A stretch of DNA of 64,000 bases from Eledone cirrhosa. Its lineage: Eukaryota. Below are positions 1-20,535 of the stretch, one piece after another. Both the position numbers and the translations under genes were made by a program. The stretch's first letter is position 1. Every line of letters starts with the position of its first letter. The notes under the pieces are model-generated. The model saw only the letters and a list, made by a program, of their open reading frames with translations, searched no databases and was not told the DNA's origin. Location of the stretch: positions 40,734,001 through 40,798,000 of the forward strand of contig OZ024754.1 in the NCBI GenBank assembly GCA_964016885.1, in the 5' to 3' direction.

Positions 1-376
1 CATATATAATATATACAATACTTAATGAAGACTTATTACAGAATGAAAATCTAAACACAAATAATACCTACAATTTAATTATTGCTTATTTTAACTTGTG
101 TAATGAATCTCTATTTGTTTTACTGAGTTTTTTTTAAACACCAACTTTCATCAGCTTTATTGAACATTTATTACCCACTGCGACAATAATTTATAATCTT
201 TATTTATATATTTTAGAAAATAATTATATATAGAAAGAGAGAAAATATTTTCTAAACAAAAAAAAAAAAAGGACAACTTTTGAAAAGATCCTCAAATTGA
301 ATGACACGCCAACCATTTCACGAGAAACTAAATACAACACACTTCTAATTTTTAAATGAAACGATATCAGCAGAAA

Positions 377-3300
377 ATGAAGATTTCTTTTATATTATTT
401 TGTCTCATCTCTTCAGCTACGTACGTATTATATATTTCAACTATTTTTCCCGGCTACAAAAAAAAAATTTAAAAAAAGGGAGCGGAGGAGAGATTAAGTT
501 TTTCAGGTGCTCTCGAAGCGTCGGGTTGTTCAGGATTGGTGGGGGTACCTGAGTTGCGCCAGGATGGTGCTGCACCCCCCTCCTATTTGGGAATTCTGTT
601 GTTTGCATTTTAGTTGTTTATTGTTATTGTATTTATTTTTTTTATTCGATTTTTTTTTTGTTTGTAAACCCTCCACTGTCCCTGTCTTTTTGTAATGTTC
701 CCTATAAGTAGGCCCTTGTGGTCAGTATAGAAAGAATTAAAATTCGTAAGAAGCTGTTAAAACAATAAAATATGGATTAGCAGAATTGATAGAGCATTGA
801 ACAAGATGCCAAGTAGTGTGAGATGGAGGCAGGGCCGGATTTAATGGTGGGAAAAAGGGAAAATTGCCTCGGGGCTCCACCAGAGACGGCTGTAGCAATT
901 TATTTGTGCCCTCAGCTGGGCTTCATATTTTTAGGGTGGTTAGAATTTTTTAATTTAATACCTGTATGTATAACTTTTCAATTCCAATTACTTGCACCAA
1001 GCTAACGTTGATATGTAAAATTGGGGGGAGGGGTTGCTGTGTATTCTAATATCTTGTATATGAGCCCTCTCCTCAAACCTGATATGCCTCAGGGCCCATA
1101 GGGTCTAAATCCAACCCTGGATGGAGGGACATGGAGCTATGCCAGCATAACTCCAGCATAACTCCATGTCCCTTGTAGTGTGAGAAGAAGTCAAGCCAGG
1201 ATAACTCCATGTAGCGTGAAATGAAGGAAGATGGAGTCAAGCCAGGATAACTCCATGTAGCATGAGATGGAGGAACATGGAGCCATGCCAGGATAACTCC
1301 ATGTCTCTAGTAGTGTGAGATGGAGGAATATGGAGTGAAGTCAGCATAACTCCATTTCCCATGTAGTGTGAGATGGAGGAACATGGAGTCATGCCAGGAT
1401 AACTACATGAAGTGTGAGATGGAGGAACATGGAACCATGCTAGGATAGCTCCATATCCCATGTAGTGTAAGATGGAAAAACATGGCGTGAAGCCAGCATA
1501 ACTCCATGTTCCAAGAAACTGAATATTACTTATTCTGTCTGAAAACAATGGGTTGTATATTAGTAGTGATAAAGCCTGGAATTGCTATAATAAATTACTT
1601 ATAAAAATGGATTAATATATTAATATTGAATAATTTATATTCCAGATGTGAAAGTGGAAGCCAACTAAACATATCTGAATGGTATGAGGATATGATACGA
1701 CTCGGAGCTTTTAAAGGCGATTTGAACTCTGATCAATTAAAAGTGAAAAGCGCAGTAGAAAATATAATTAAAAGTTCAAAGAAAAGCACAAAGATGTTTA
1801 ATCAAGAAAGACTTTTGGCTTATGAAAAAATTTTAAATGTAAATATTTATATAGATCTTGATGATGGTGATGAAACAGAGTTAAATGATGATGAGATGGA
1901 ATTTAGTTCAGATGAAAATACTGTGGGGCAAGAAATATTGAAAGATCAGCTTACCAAGACCAATGTAAACTCAGATAAGGAAAAACCTGATAAGAATACA
2001 TTGCTGAAGTCTTCAACAACGATAAAATCTAGAAATAATTCTGCAGAAAACTTGACGGATTTTAAGGAAGCAAAAACGTTATTGAGTCCTAAACAAACCA
2101 AAAATAAGACCAAGGAAACTCTCAAGGGGGAAGAGAAAACTAATGAAAGAAAACAAACTAATCAAATTGAAACAACTCTTAAGAAAACTTTTGTTGGAAC
2201 AAAGAGTAAAAGTACTCTCAAAACTTCTGTTCGATATTCATCCCAAATTTGTTATAGTAATGTTTCCAGCCATTTAGATGTGTTTTATACACATGAGAAG
2301 AATAAACCTAATAAACATTTTCAAAGACAAAAAGATTTAAATAATAAATCCAAAAAACCAGGCTGGTTTTTTCAGAAAAATAAAACAATTTCACGTTTAC
2401 CAAATAATTCTAAAATGTCAAAAGGGTTTAAAAATTCAAATAGATTTAAAAGCAAATATAAAATAAAAAATGATACTTTAAGAATTTGCTTAAGAAGCTT
2501 GAATTGTTACAAAGTGTGCCGATATTTCTTTGAATTTCAAATGTGTATACCAGGATTTAATTGGATACAGACTAATTCTAGTAAGAACAATTCTTTTTCT
2601 GTTCAGTGGGAAGTTTTCCCAAGAAAACAAAATTCCAAAAATGATTTTATAAAAATACCTTTTAACGGTGTCGAGAAGAATCTCCAAAAAGATAATGTAA
2701 AAAAAAATGAAAAGGATAAAGATGTAGGGAAAATCTCTGCCCAAAACGGCAAGAATAAAGAAGACTTTATTGGAAATAAGATTAAAGAAAATTTGCATGC
2801 TTCGGACGGTGGACAACAAAATAGTTTGTCCCCCAAATCAAAACAACCTAATGATTCACAAAACAAGATGGAAAAGAATCCGAAGAAAACAACCAGGAAC
2901 ATTGGTGTTAATAGAGTAGAAAATGGTAAAGAAAGTAATGTTCCAATCCAGGAAACTATAGAAGAAACAACACTAGAGAAATTGAACCAAAAATTAAAAG
3001 ATGAAAAGAATTTTGATATTGATATAATCAACAAGTTGATTGAAGAGAAATCTAAAGAATATTTGCTGAAGATACATTCACTAGAGTTGGCGGTAATAGA
3101 ACTGGATAAAGAAATACTAAAGGAACACCTGAGTAAAAGTAACGACCTGTTGACATTATATGAAACTGAAAGCCAAATTCTTAATTTACAGAAGGAAGTA
3201 AAGAAGCTGAATCAGACATACAGTACACTTGAACAAGAGAACAAAGTTTTGAAAGATAATCAACAAAAAAATTTAAAACCCAAACCAGATAATGAGGGAC

Positions 3301-6300
3301 AATTGACTAGTCAAGTGGAAAAGAATAAAATCCACACTCAAACCATTTTAATTAAGAAACAACAAACAAAACTGGCAGACATGACATATTTGATACATAA
3401 TCAATCGAACATGTTAAATAAATTACATTATCGTCAAGAACAAACAGAAGAACAAAACAGAATTCTTCATAATATCGTTATGAATCAATCATTATTGATT
3501 TCCGAAGTCATGAATAAAGTTCATGTATTAACTGAACAACTGCACAAAGAATGGAAACGAGAACGTAGTAATGACATTCAAGTGTCTTCAGTTCAATTAC
3601 TTCAACAGTTAGAACGTTGGATATCTAATAAAGAACCAGTTAAAAATGAGAAAACTGATGATGATAATAATAATAATAATAATTATAATAACAATGGGAA
3701 CAGAAAATCTCAAAATAAATGTAAAAATAAACCTAGGAAACCCATTTTAAAATATTCACATAGTAAAGTAAATGTGAAGCAAAGTAAGTTACAGTATATG
3801 TATTTAGCTCTTTTATCAAAATCTTGCTTTATATTTGATGGTAAAATAAACCAACAATATAGACCAACTTTGCCAGAGTCTTTTAATGAATTTAAATCCA
3901 GATTACCAACATCTTTAGAAAATAAAAACAAACCCACAAAGGAAACCATTTCTAGTAAAATACAGGATTCCCCAAATAGCAAAACACCATTACAAAACAA
4001 GCAATCAAATAATTTAAAATTACAGGAACCAAAAATTATTGAAACTAAAAAAGACATTCCCAATGGAGAAGAGATGAAAGAGAGTTTCCGGGATGTTAAT
4101 GTTAAAAAGGAAAACAATTCTAAGGATTCAAGAGAGAAAAACCAAACTCAGATTCCTAATTCTGATAAAATGTTACCAAATCAAGTAGCTCCTTCTGATG
4201 AAAATCAGTCTGCTAAGACTCCTGTTGGTCAAAAGCCTGAGTCCCCTGTTAGTCAAAAGCCTGAGACCTCTGCTGGTCAGAAACCTGAGACCTCTGTTGG
4301 TCAAAAGCCTGAGTCCCCTGTTGGTCAAAAGCCTGAGACCTCTGTTGGTCAAAAGCCTGAGACCTCTGTTGGTCAAAAGCCTGAGACCTCTGTTGGTCAA
4401 AAGCCTGAGTCCCCTGTTGGTCAAAAGCCTGAGACCTCTGTTGGTCAAAAGCCTGAGTCCCCTGTTGGTCAAAAGCCTGAGACCTCTGTTGGTCAAAAGC
4501 CCACAAAGAATTCTGAGACCCCAAAAAAAGAAACAAACGAGAAGGAAATTAATGATAAAAAGTTCCAACTGAAGGATCCACTATACGTTGGTGTGAACCA
4601 GAGAGAACCAAAAGGTAAGATATTTGGAATAGTTAATCTTTACTGTTTTAGACTCACCATCCTCATCACCACCACCACCACCACCACCATCACCACCCTG
4701 TAAGGTGGTAGTGCTGGTGCCACAATGAAAAGCACCTAGTCCACCCTCTGAGGTGGTAGTGCTGGTACCGCAATGAAAAGCACCCAGTCCACCCTCTGAC
4801 ATGGTAGTGCTGGTGCCACAACAAAAAAGATACCCATGTATCTTCTGTTAAGATGATTGTTTGTTGTGACCAGATGTATTTAGGGATTTCCCTCCACATG
4901 TTGAAGTCCTTCGTCATCTCGTTACGATAAATTAAAATATATCTGATTCCTTCTCAATGTTTGTTGTTTAAAATATTTCTTTACTTTGCAGATTGTTATG
5001 ACTTATATATTAAAGGAAATAGTAAGAATGGTGCTTATAATATTAAACCTGTTGCTGGCAATAAAATGATACAAGTTTTCTGTGATATGAAAAATGGTGG
5101 CTGGACTGTAATACAACGACGCCAGGGAGGAACAACAAACTTTTACCAAGATTGGAAGGTTTACAAAAAAGGATTTGGAGGTAATATTTCTTTAACTCTT
5201 TCATGACTGCATTTCTAATGAAATGCACTGTTTTATTTAATTAATGAATAATTTTGAGCGATTTATTAACATTATTAATTATTTCATTATTAAGATAGTA
5301 ACTTAATGTAAGGTTCTCTTATATAAAATTATGTTGGAAGATTTTAATATAAATTGGAAACCTTTAAAATGGGTGGTTTTATTTCATCGAACCAGGGCTG
5401 GTGTTGGCTAGGTTGGTAACTAAAGGGTTAATACATGTTTTTCATGAATCTGTAATATTTTGATTAATAAGACAGGCATCATACAACTGGCCTTTTGTTT
5501 GTAGAGAGAAACCTTTTGTTGTCAACAGAGGTAGTAGCTACCTAAACATTTTTACCATCTTCTTATTCTAGCTACTTTCTCCACTTCCGATTAGATCAAC
5601 TAGATAGCAGAAGCTGTGGCCATGCCTGTATTAACCTTTATATCTGTGTCCTATCCTGTAACTTAGTGGTTTGACAAAAAGAGATTGATGAAATAAATGC
5701 CAGATTTAAAAAAAATAAGTGTTGGAGGTGGTGGGCTCAATATGATTGTCTAAATTTTGTCTAATGACTGAAACCAGTAAAAGAATAAAAGAATGTTAAA
5801 ACTGCTCTTTTTAAAATATAATTTCCTTCTTCTTCGCCCACTTATTCCCGAGAAGGCCGTGGGGGTGCAGAGTCCTCAACCACTCCTTCCAGCGGGTCCT
5901 GTCAGCAGCAACCATCTCCAACTAATCCAACTGAGACCAGCCGAGCTCATGGATGTTATCCAACCATCTTGCTAAGAGTCTACTGTTTGGTTTTTGCCCC
6001 CCATAAAATCTGTATATATATCTTCCAACATAAAAACTACTAAACTTTTCTTCTACTTGACAGGTGTTTATGGAGAACACTGGCTCGGTAATAATAACTG
6101 GGTGTCTACCCCTGGGTCTCCTGCCAGTTGGTTTTGCCTCCCAAAACTACTAAACTTTTCTTCTACTTGACAGGTGTTTATGGAGAACACTGGCTCGGTA
6201 ACGATAATATCCACTGGTTGACTAACCAAGACTTTTACAGCTTACATGTGGAATTGGTAGATTGGGAGAAGAAGAAAGTAACAGCAAATTATGAATATTT

Positions 6301-6655
6301 TATGATTGATGATGATACGAATGGCTATCGTTTACATGTCGAAGGCTACAATGGCGATAGTGGTGATTCCTTGACCAAACATAATCTCAATAAATTTTCA
6401 ACAAGAGACGTTGATAATGATTTAGTCACAAAACAGTTTGGAGGAAGCTGTGCAAAACGTTTCAGTGGTGCATGGTGGTATTATAGGTGTTATGCATCGA
6501 ATTTGAATGGAAAGTTCTACCGTAATGGTTTAGTAGCAGACAAAAAGTTTGATGGAATTGCTTGGAAATCTTGGAAAAAGGCTAATTATTCTTTAATGAA
6601 AACAGAAATGAAAATAATACCTAAATCAAAGGTAAAGAAGGATTCAAAAAGATAA
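377..6655 (+). CDS. Secreted coiled-coil + C-terminal fibrinogen-related domain (FReD) protein, angiopoietin/scabrous-like architecture; exons 377-420, 1646-4614, 4992-5180, 6174-6655 (~1227 aa)
   Basis: Exon 1 encodes a signal-peptide-like MKISFILFCLISSAT and joins in phase 2 to the 2969-nt exon, which carries Lys/Asn-rich low complexity and a Leu/Gln/Glu heptad region at ~2970-3620. All GT-AG junctions keep frame. FReD motifs: PKDCYDLY, VFCDM..GGWTVIQRR, W..YKKGFG, GEHWLGNDNIH.LT, FST.D.DND, CA....GAWWY..C..SNLNG. Confidence 0.88.
830..1119. mobile_element. Non-autonomous hAT-like MITE
   Basis: Imperfect TIRs CAGGGCCGGATTTA...TAAATCCAACCCTG with an 8-bp target-site duplication GATGGAGG (822-829 and 1120-1127). 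Confidence 0.75.
1120..1510. repeat. Degenerate ~45-57-bp minisatellite in intron 1 of the FReD gene
   Basis: About 7 diverged copies of gtagtgtgagatggaggaacatggagccatgccaggataactccat. Confidence 0.75.
4221..4502 (+). repeat. Coding 24-bp tandem repeat encoding ~12 x VGQKPE(T/S)(S/P)
   Basis: Unit ctgttggtcaaaagcctgagacct, in frame within FReD exon 2. Confidence 0.95.
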
Positions 6656-6795
6656 ATACTTTAAAATAGAAAAATTTTAATAACAAAAAAAAATCTCTCA
6701 GTATATTACACCTCATCTGTAATTATCACATTCATTTCATGTAATTGTATATCTTAATCAAAATAATCGTTTTAAAGGAATGCTAATGAACTCGT

Positions 6796-7001
6796 TTAAC
6801 CCATTACCATTTACAATAATCTATATTTACTATTGTATTTTCGCAGTAAAGGATTTATCTCACATAATATTGAATCTATGAGATTTTGATATTATTTATT
6901 TTGAGAACAATATCTTAACATCAGTATGAGTGGCCAGTTACAACAGAAAGAGGTGAGAGAATTCTGGCCAGATATGGCTGGTTTAAATGCTAAAGGGTTA
7001 A
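6796..7001. mobile_element. piggyBac-like MITE family A (~200-225 bp); other copies 7287-7492, 8016-8241, 8712-9122 (SINE nested), 9521-9742, 12392-12616, 25975-26197, 48930-49153, 57547-57775, ~62660-62869
   Basis: Termini TTAA|CCCTTTAGCATTTA...TAAATGCTAAAGGG|TTAA. A TTAA target site with CCC.. ends is diagnostic of piggyBac. The internal sequence is conserved across copies, which occur in both orientations. Confidence 0.8.
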
Positions 7002-9143
7002 ACCCATCAACATTTTCATAAAAATGTTTTTGTTGATATAATCATAAAGGTATGCAATCTAGTGGTGTTGGACACATGATTGCAATGTTGGGGGTTTGAT
7101 TCCTTGACAGGACACATCATTGTCTTCTTGAACAAAACACTCACTTCATATTGCTCCAGTGTATTCAAGTAAAAATGAGTAATAGCATTAGTAGCTGGTG
7201 GGGGTTAAATCTGTGATGGACAGGGGAGATCTTGTACCTTCAGTTCCTTAACACCAATAGATTTCAGATAGCTTTTAATATTTAATTTAACCCATTAGCA
7301 TTTAAACCAGCCATATCCGGCCAGAATTCTTTCACCTCTTTCTGTTCAAACCAGCCGTAACTGGCCTCATACTGATTTTAAGGTATTGTTCTCAAAATAA
7401 ATAATATCAAAATCTCGGATTCAATATTATGTGAGATAATTATGTAAGATAAAGTCTCTACCCCTAAAATACAATAGTATATATAGGGTTAATGATAAAA
7501 AAAGAAAATATTCCTTATATTTGTAAATATGTTTAAAACCTCCCCCGCCAAAAAACACTGGCTTCAACAATATTGTACATTCAGAGAAATTGAAAGGAAC
7601 AAAATATATACAATGAAACACTTTTATTTAACTATCATTAAAAATAACTTTAATAAACTTTTAAACGCTGCCTTTATATGAACAAATTTGATCTTTGATG
7701 AAATGTTTCAAATAAATAATAACATAAATATTAAGGTAATGATATATTATTGTGTGTGCCTGTTGTTGTTATTTTAACCCTATTGATACAATTTCATTTA
7801 AGATTGATTCTAAAATACAAAACTTTTCATTTTAAAAGTTCTTATCTAAATTAAAGCCTTCCATCATAATTTTATTTCAGAATGTTTTGTTATGATCCCA
7901 AAGACAGCAAGATTATAAGGAAGTTGTTTTACTAAACCTTCCCCAACTCTTCCCCCTATACATCAACAACCTACTTGACATCACCTTCTTTTATCTTATG
8001 TTACAAAATACCATCTTAACCCTTTAGCATTTAAACCAGCTGAATCCAGCCAGAATTTTCTCACCTCTTTCTGTTCAAACCGGCCGTAACCGGCCACTCA
8101 TGCCATCGTATGGGTATTGTTCTCAAAATAAATAATATCAAAATCGCATAGATTCAATATTATGTGAGATAATTATGTAAGATAAAGTCTTTACCACAAT
8201 ACAATAGTATATATAGAGTAATGTAAATGCTAAAGGATTAATAATGAAATAATAAGTTTAATAAACCCTTCCAAATTCTTCATTAATTCAAATAGTGTAT
8301 TTTATTTAAAAATATGGTAATAAAAGGGTTAACTTGTTAATCCAGTACTGGTGAGAATCAAATAAATATGTAAATAGAACAAAAATAAACTGCTGACTAA
8401 GAGAGATCCCTCTATCTTCACCATGTATCCTGTGTAAGTATAGAGAGATCTACCCAGGGATAGACCCCGAGCAAGATGGTTGGATAACATCCATGAGCTT
8501 GGCTTGGGGATCCAGCTGGATCAGTTGGAGACAATTGCTTCTGACAGAACCTGCTGGAAGGAGTGTTTGAGGACTTTGCAGCCACGACCCTCTCAGGAAT
8601 AAGTGGGTAAAGAAGAAGCTTTCTGCCAATTAACCCCACCACATTCAGTGTTATCTTCTGTTGTAATCTGGTGCCTTATTCCTGTGATTATCCTTATAAC
8701 TAACTATTTAATTAACTCTTTAGCATTTAAACCGGCCATATCTGGCCAGAATTCTCTCACCTCTTTCTGTTCAAACCAGCTGTAATTGGCCACTCATACC
8801 GATGTTAAGGTATTGTTCTCAAAATAAATAATATTAAAATCTCATAGATTCGACATTATGTGAGATTAAGTGTTTACCATGAAAATACAATAGTATATAT
8901 AGATAATTGTTTCTACTTTTGGCACAAGACCAGCAATTACCCAGTACATTACTGGTACTTTATTTTATCGACCCCTTAAGGATGAAAGGCAAAGTTAACC
9001 TCGGCGGAATTTGAACTCAGAATGGCAAGGGTCATAACTCTATGCTTCAAAGCATGGTATCCGACCCTCTACTGATATTGCCAATATAGTATATATAGAT
9101 AATGTAAATGCTAAAGGGTTAAAAAAAAACCTTACCTTTCCCC

Positions 9144-16359
<7,216 letters not shown>

Positions 16360-17030
16360 GCCGAGTATGTTGTATAAACATAGACACGTTTATTTTACAC
16401 CGGTGTCGGATATATTGACCTCGATATACACAGACACTAATACAATAATTACATTATATAGTTTAGTATTAAATAATTGATAACTTCGTCTTAAAAAACT
16501 TGATTTGATTTTTTAAGTCGCAAAAATAGTAATTTAAATCTTGTATCTATATAACCATAATTCTAAACGAAAAACAAATTTGTCACTATTATGGAAAGAG
16601 ATTTTATTGAAATGGGTTTCAAGGAAATATACTATTATAAAGGGTACAGTAAATATAAATATATTTTCGAGGGATCAGTCTACGAAAAAAAAAAGAGTAT
16701 TTAAATAGATGGAATTTTTTTAAAGTTAAAAAATAATTGTCTTCACCGGTGAAAAGGTTAATCTGTTAAATCATAGTTGATTGGTTGGATTTAAGTATAA
16801 AAGTTTGTTTCCACCAATCAACATGTTTCTTTAATAATCCCCTTACAGTAAAATCGGACAAGTTGCTTGGCATGGTCCTAGGGTTTAATATTGTCCGGGA
16901 AATGTTAAAAAATAGATAGCTTCACCTATATACTAGCTCATATACGTCGTTATTAATTTAAAACTGGACCATGATTGAATAGAAGCTTTGTGAGTAAGCC
17001 TACCTTGCTGTATATTTATTACGGAAATCA
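16360..17030. promoter_or_regulatory. Putative bidirectional promoter shared by ALKBH6 (-) and Dicer (+)
   Basis: Directly upstream of the ALKBH6 ATG. Inverted CCAAT boxes (gttgattggttgga 16776-16789, tccaccaatcaac 16810-16822) flank TATAAAAG (16796-16803). A plus-strand donor-like GA|GTAAG lies at ~16994. Confidence 0.45.
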
Positions 17031-19431
17031 CTGTGACAAATGGAAATACTTAATGATTGCACGCCTTCATCTTCTTGGAGTAGACTTAAGCGTCTGCTCT
17101 ATTAACTTTCCCCTCTTTTCTTATTGATTTTCCTAACATAGACTACATAGAGATCATATCTTTATTTACATGCTTATGTCTCCGTTGTTTACAAACTCAA
17201 TAATATTCTTTCATCGATATTCAAATATTAAAAGCAAAAATTCATCCAAAATTAGGAATCGTTCCAGCCATTATTAATTCATTTGCTAGCGAAGAAATTG
17301 TTTTTTTTTCTTCATCATACTTTCTTTAAAGATATATATAACTCTCTCTCTATATATATATATATAGTTATATATACATACATATATATTTACATAAACA
17401 CATATATTTCTTCTCGTGTATTTATCTAAAGCAGATGCTGGCTGCTTCATCTGATTCTCTCACATGTTGATAATAACAGGATTTGGAACGAAATTTTATT
17501 TTATTTACTGTAATAATAGTTAGGACGTGTGTTTTTATTTATTTGGAATGTTTGCTTGTGCGATTGTTCCAACGTGCTCTCGGATCTTCTTTATTCCAAT
17601 ATCAACAACCACCACAAATATATTAATGCTTGCACCTTTTTTTACTTTTGGATCTCCTCGTTTTAGTTCTAGTGATTCACTCTGGGGAATAAGTCCATAT
17701 ATCGATACCTTATATTTCTATTGGAAATGCTTTTTGTTATATTTTGAAAATGTGATTAACCTTTTAAAACGTTCAGATTATATATACATACACATACACA
17801 TATAAATATATGTATGTATACACACACAAATACACACACATATATATATATGTTATTTTAATAAATATTTGCTCTAGGGTTCTTATATATTTGATATATA
17901 TTTATCCTTATCGATCCCTCTTTGGATTTTAGTCTTCACTTTTATTATTATTAAAATATATATATATATATATATATACCCCCACACATATACACATGTA
18001 TATATTTGGCACGATAGTGCAAACACCTGAAGTGTTTCCTATAAACATCTATTCCTTCATGTAAACAATCGGTTCTATTGTGTCCTTTGTTGTATGTTCA
18101 GATTTTGTGGCTTTTTACTTAATTTCTCTTTTTCTCGAATAGTTATGGTTGTTATTTCTACAACAACTTTCTGTTATTGAACTCTTAAGTATCTTTATAG
18201 ACGCACTTTAAGATAAATCGATATACCATCGACATAGTTGTTGAAGAAATTTTTCCGAGTATATTCCTTGGACTTCTCTCTATCATACTTAATGAACGAG
18301 GATAAGCTTAAGGTAGATATAATTACCAATCTTTTAATTAGAAGAAGGTTTAGTTGTATCTACTTTAAGTTTTCCGTAAATCTTTAAATATACGCTGTAT
18401 TCTAGCATAAATATACACATCGTATATTTAAAGATTTACGGTAAACTTAAGGTAGATACAATTAATCAAAGCTTCTAATTAATATATCGGGAATTATATC
18501 TACCTTTAGCTTACCCTAATTCATTAAATACAACAGAAATAAAGAAGTCCAAGGAAGCTGACTAAATTGGTTTCATTTCAAACATTAAAAACAGAAAGAC
18601 TTATTACTGACTATTTTGGACTTAGTGACGTTTTCAGTGAATGAAGAAGAAAAGCCTATAATTTTAAAATTCCATCAAGGAATGTTTCGCTTCCCATTCT
18701 AATTATACATTTAGATAAATATTCTCGTTTATATCACAAATCTTAAGATAGCATTTATTGCTTAGAATAAAAAATAATTGAAAAATATTTTTAATTTCAT
18801 TATCAGTTAAAGTTTTTAATTCATTTCCTGGTTTTATTCTTTGTAATTGAATTCAAATGTTTGAAAGTTTTAAGAAAATTTCCTATTATTCACCTAGTCA
18901 TTATTAAACAAATATTTCTATTAATGTTCGCTATTCTTCAGATATTTATTTACATTTACCATTAACTTCATTGATGGTACTGATGTGTCTTCTATTAGAA
19001 AAACACTGTACCATACATTATTTCACTATTTCACCACGACTATATTTTTGTTATATTGAAAGAAAATTATTTGTACATAAATAATTCTTATTGCAGGAAT
19101 TAATTCAGTGAATAATTTAGGAAGAGAAGGAAACATTGCAGCTAACACTGACAGCAAATTAGGAAAAATACAGAAACCACAAAGGATTTTCTTTCACGGA
19201 AAGAAAGAAAAAACAATCAAGGTTTGCTTTGATTTAAAATCTCTTCTTTAATTTCTTCTTCTTCACCCACTTAATCCTGAGAGGGTTGTTGGGGGGCAGA
19301 GTCCTCAAACACTCCTTCCAGCGGGTCCTGTCCAAAAATAACCGTCTCCAACTGATGTGCTTTCCATGCTGACATGGGTTGAGCAGGTTGTTACTGTCCA
19401 AGTCAGTTCTTATTATTCAGAATTGCTGAAG

Positions 19432-19857
19432 AGTGGTGGATTGGCAGTATCGGTAGAGCGTCAGACACTATGCTTTTGCAGCATAGAGTTACAGCCCTTT
19501 ATGATCTGAGTTCAAATCCCACCGAGGTTAACTTTGCCTTTCATCTTTACGGGGTCGATAAAATAAAGTACCAGTCACACACTAGGGTCGATTTAATCGA
19601 CCCCCCCCCCCCCCAATTGCTAGCCTTGTGCCTATATAAGAAACCATTATTCAGAATTGCTGAAGAGTGGTGGATTGGCAGTATCGGTAGAGGGTCGGAC
19701 GCCATGCTTTGCAGCATAGAGTTACAGCCCTTTGCGTTCTGAGTTCAAATCCGCCGAGGTTAACTTTGTCTTTCATCCTTACGAGGTCGATAAAATAAAG
19801 TACCAGTAATGCACTGGGATAATTGCTGGCCTTATGCCAAAAGTAGAAACAATTATT
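19432..19857 (+). mobile_element. Tandem pair of tRNA-derived cephalopod SINEs; other copies 8905-9085(-), 11530-11645, 34491-34675, 40530-40810, 44150-44345, 50890-51050, 51475-51900, 60341-60530, 61800-62175
   Basis: Pol III A-box-like TGGCAGTATCGG and B-box GAGTTCAAATCC, then a conserved core ttgcctttcatccttacggggtcgataaaataaagtaccagt and a tail ending agaaacaattatt. The copy at 34491 has an 18-bp TSD (attatttttctaacaaaa). Confidence 0.85.
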
Positions 19858-20535
19858 CAGAATTACTGAAACCCTAGATTGGTCAGAAGATATTCCTATT
19901 CCCTACATTCAAATTTTTGTTCCGACTTCTACGACTGGATGACCTTCCTAACACCAGCCACACAGATTCTATTTAAAAGTATTTATGAAAACAATTAGTT
20001 GTATAAAATGCTGTTATATCTAAACTATAATAAAGTAAGGAGCGCAGGACTGCGTACGGTTTATAATTTTTTATCACATTAGTAAAATAAGTTGCATTAC
20101 TTTGAATAAATAATGAATGAATATTACATAATTTATCTACTAAATTTCGTGGCTGTTGATTAAATATATTTTGTTTATTTAAAGATTCACTTCTTTAAAA
20201 TTTCTGAAATGTCAACACTTCCGGTTGGCCATCGCTTAAATAAACATATTAATTTTCTGTCACTAATTTTCTCCTAATGCAGTTTATATATAATATCGTC
20301 TTTTTTTAATGTATCATGGATTACGTTACTGATTACATAAGACAGTGAAACGCAGTCTTCGTTCAATTTCTATGTATTATATATTGTCAATTGCGATTTT
20401 ATTTGATGTATATACCTGCGTATAATATCAATATGCACACTACACATGCCAGCAGAAAACCATTTGAGGGTGGTTTTTCTGCTAGTTTCTTATAATTGTC
20501 TTAGTTGAACAGTTTTATATATATTTTTTTTATAG

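Noticed and set aside
19432-19540. tRNA gene (A/B-box motifs, GTTCAAATCC)
   Set aside because: It is the head of a multi-copy SINE; no complete cloverleaf is evident.
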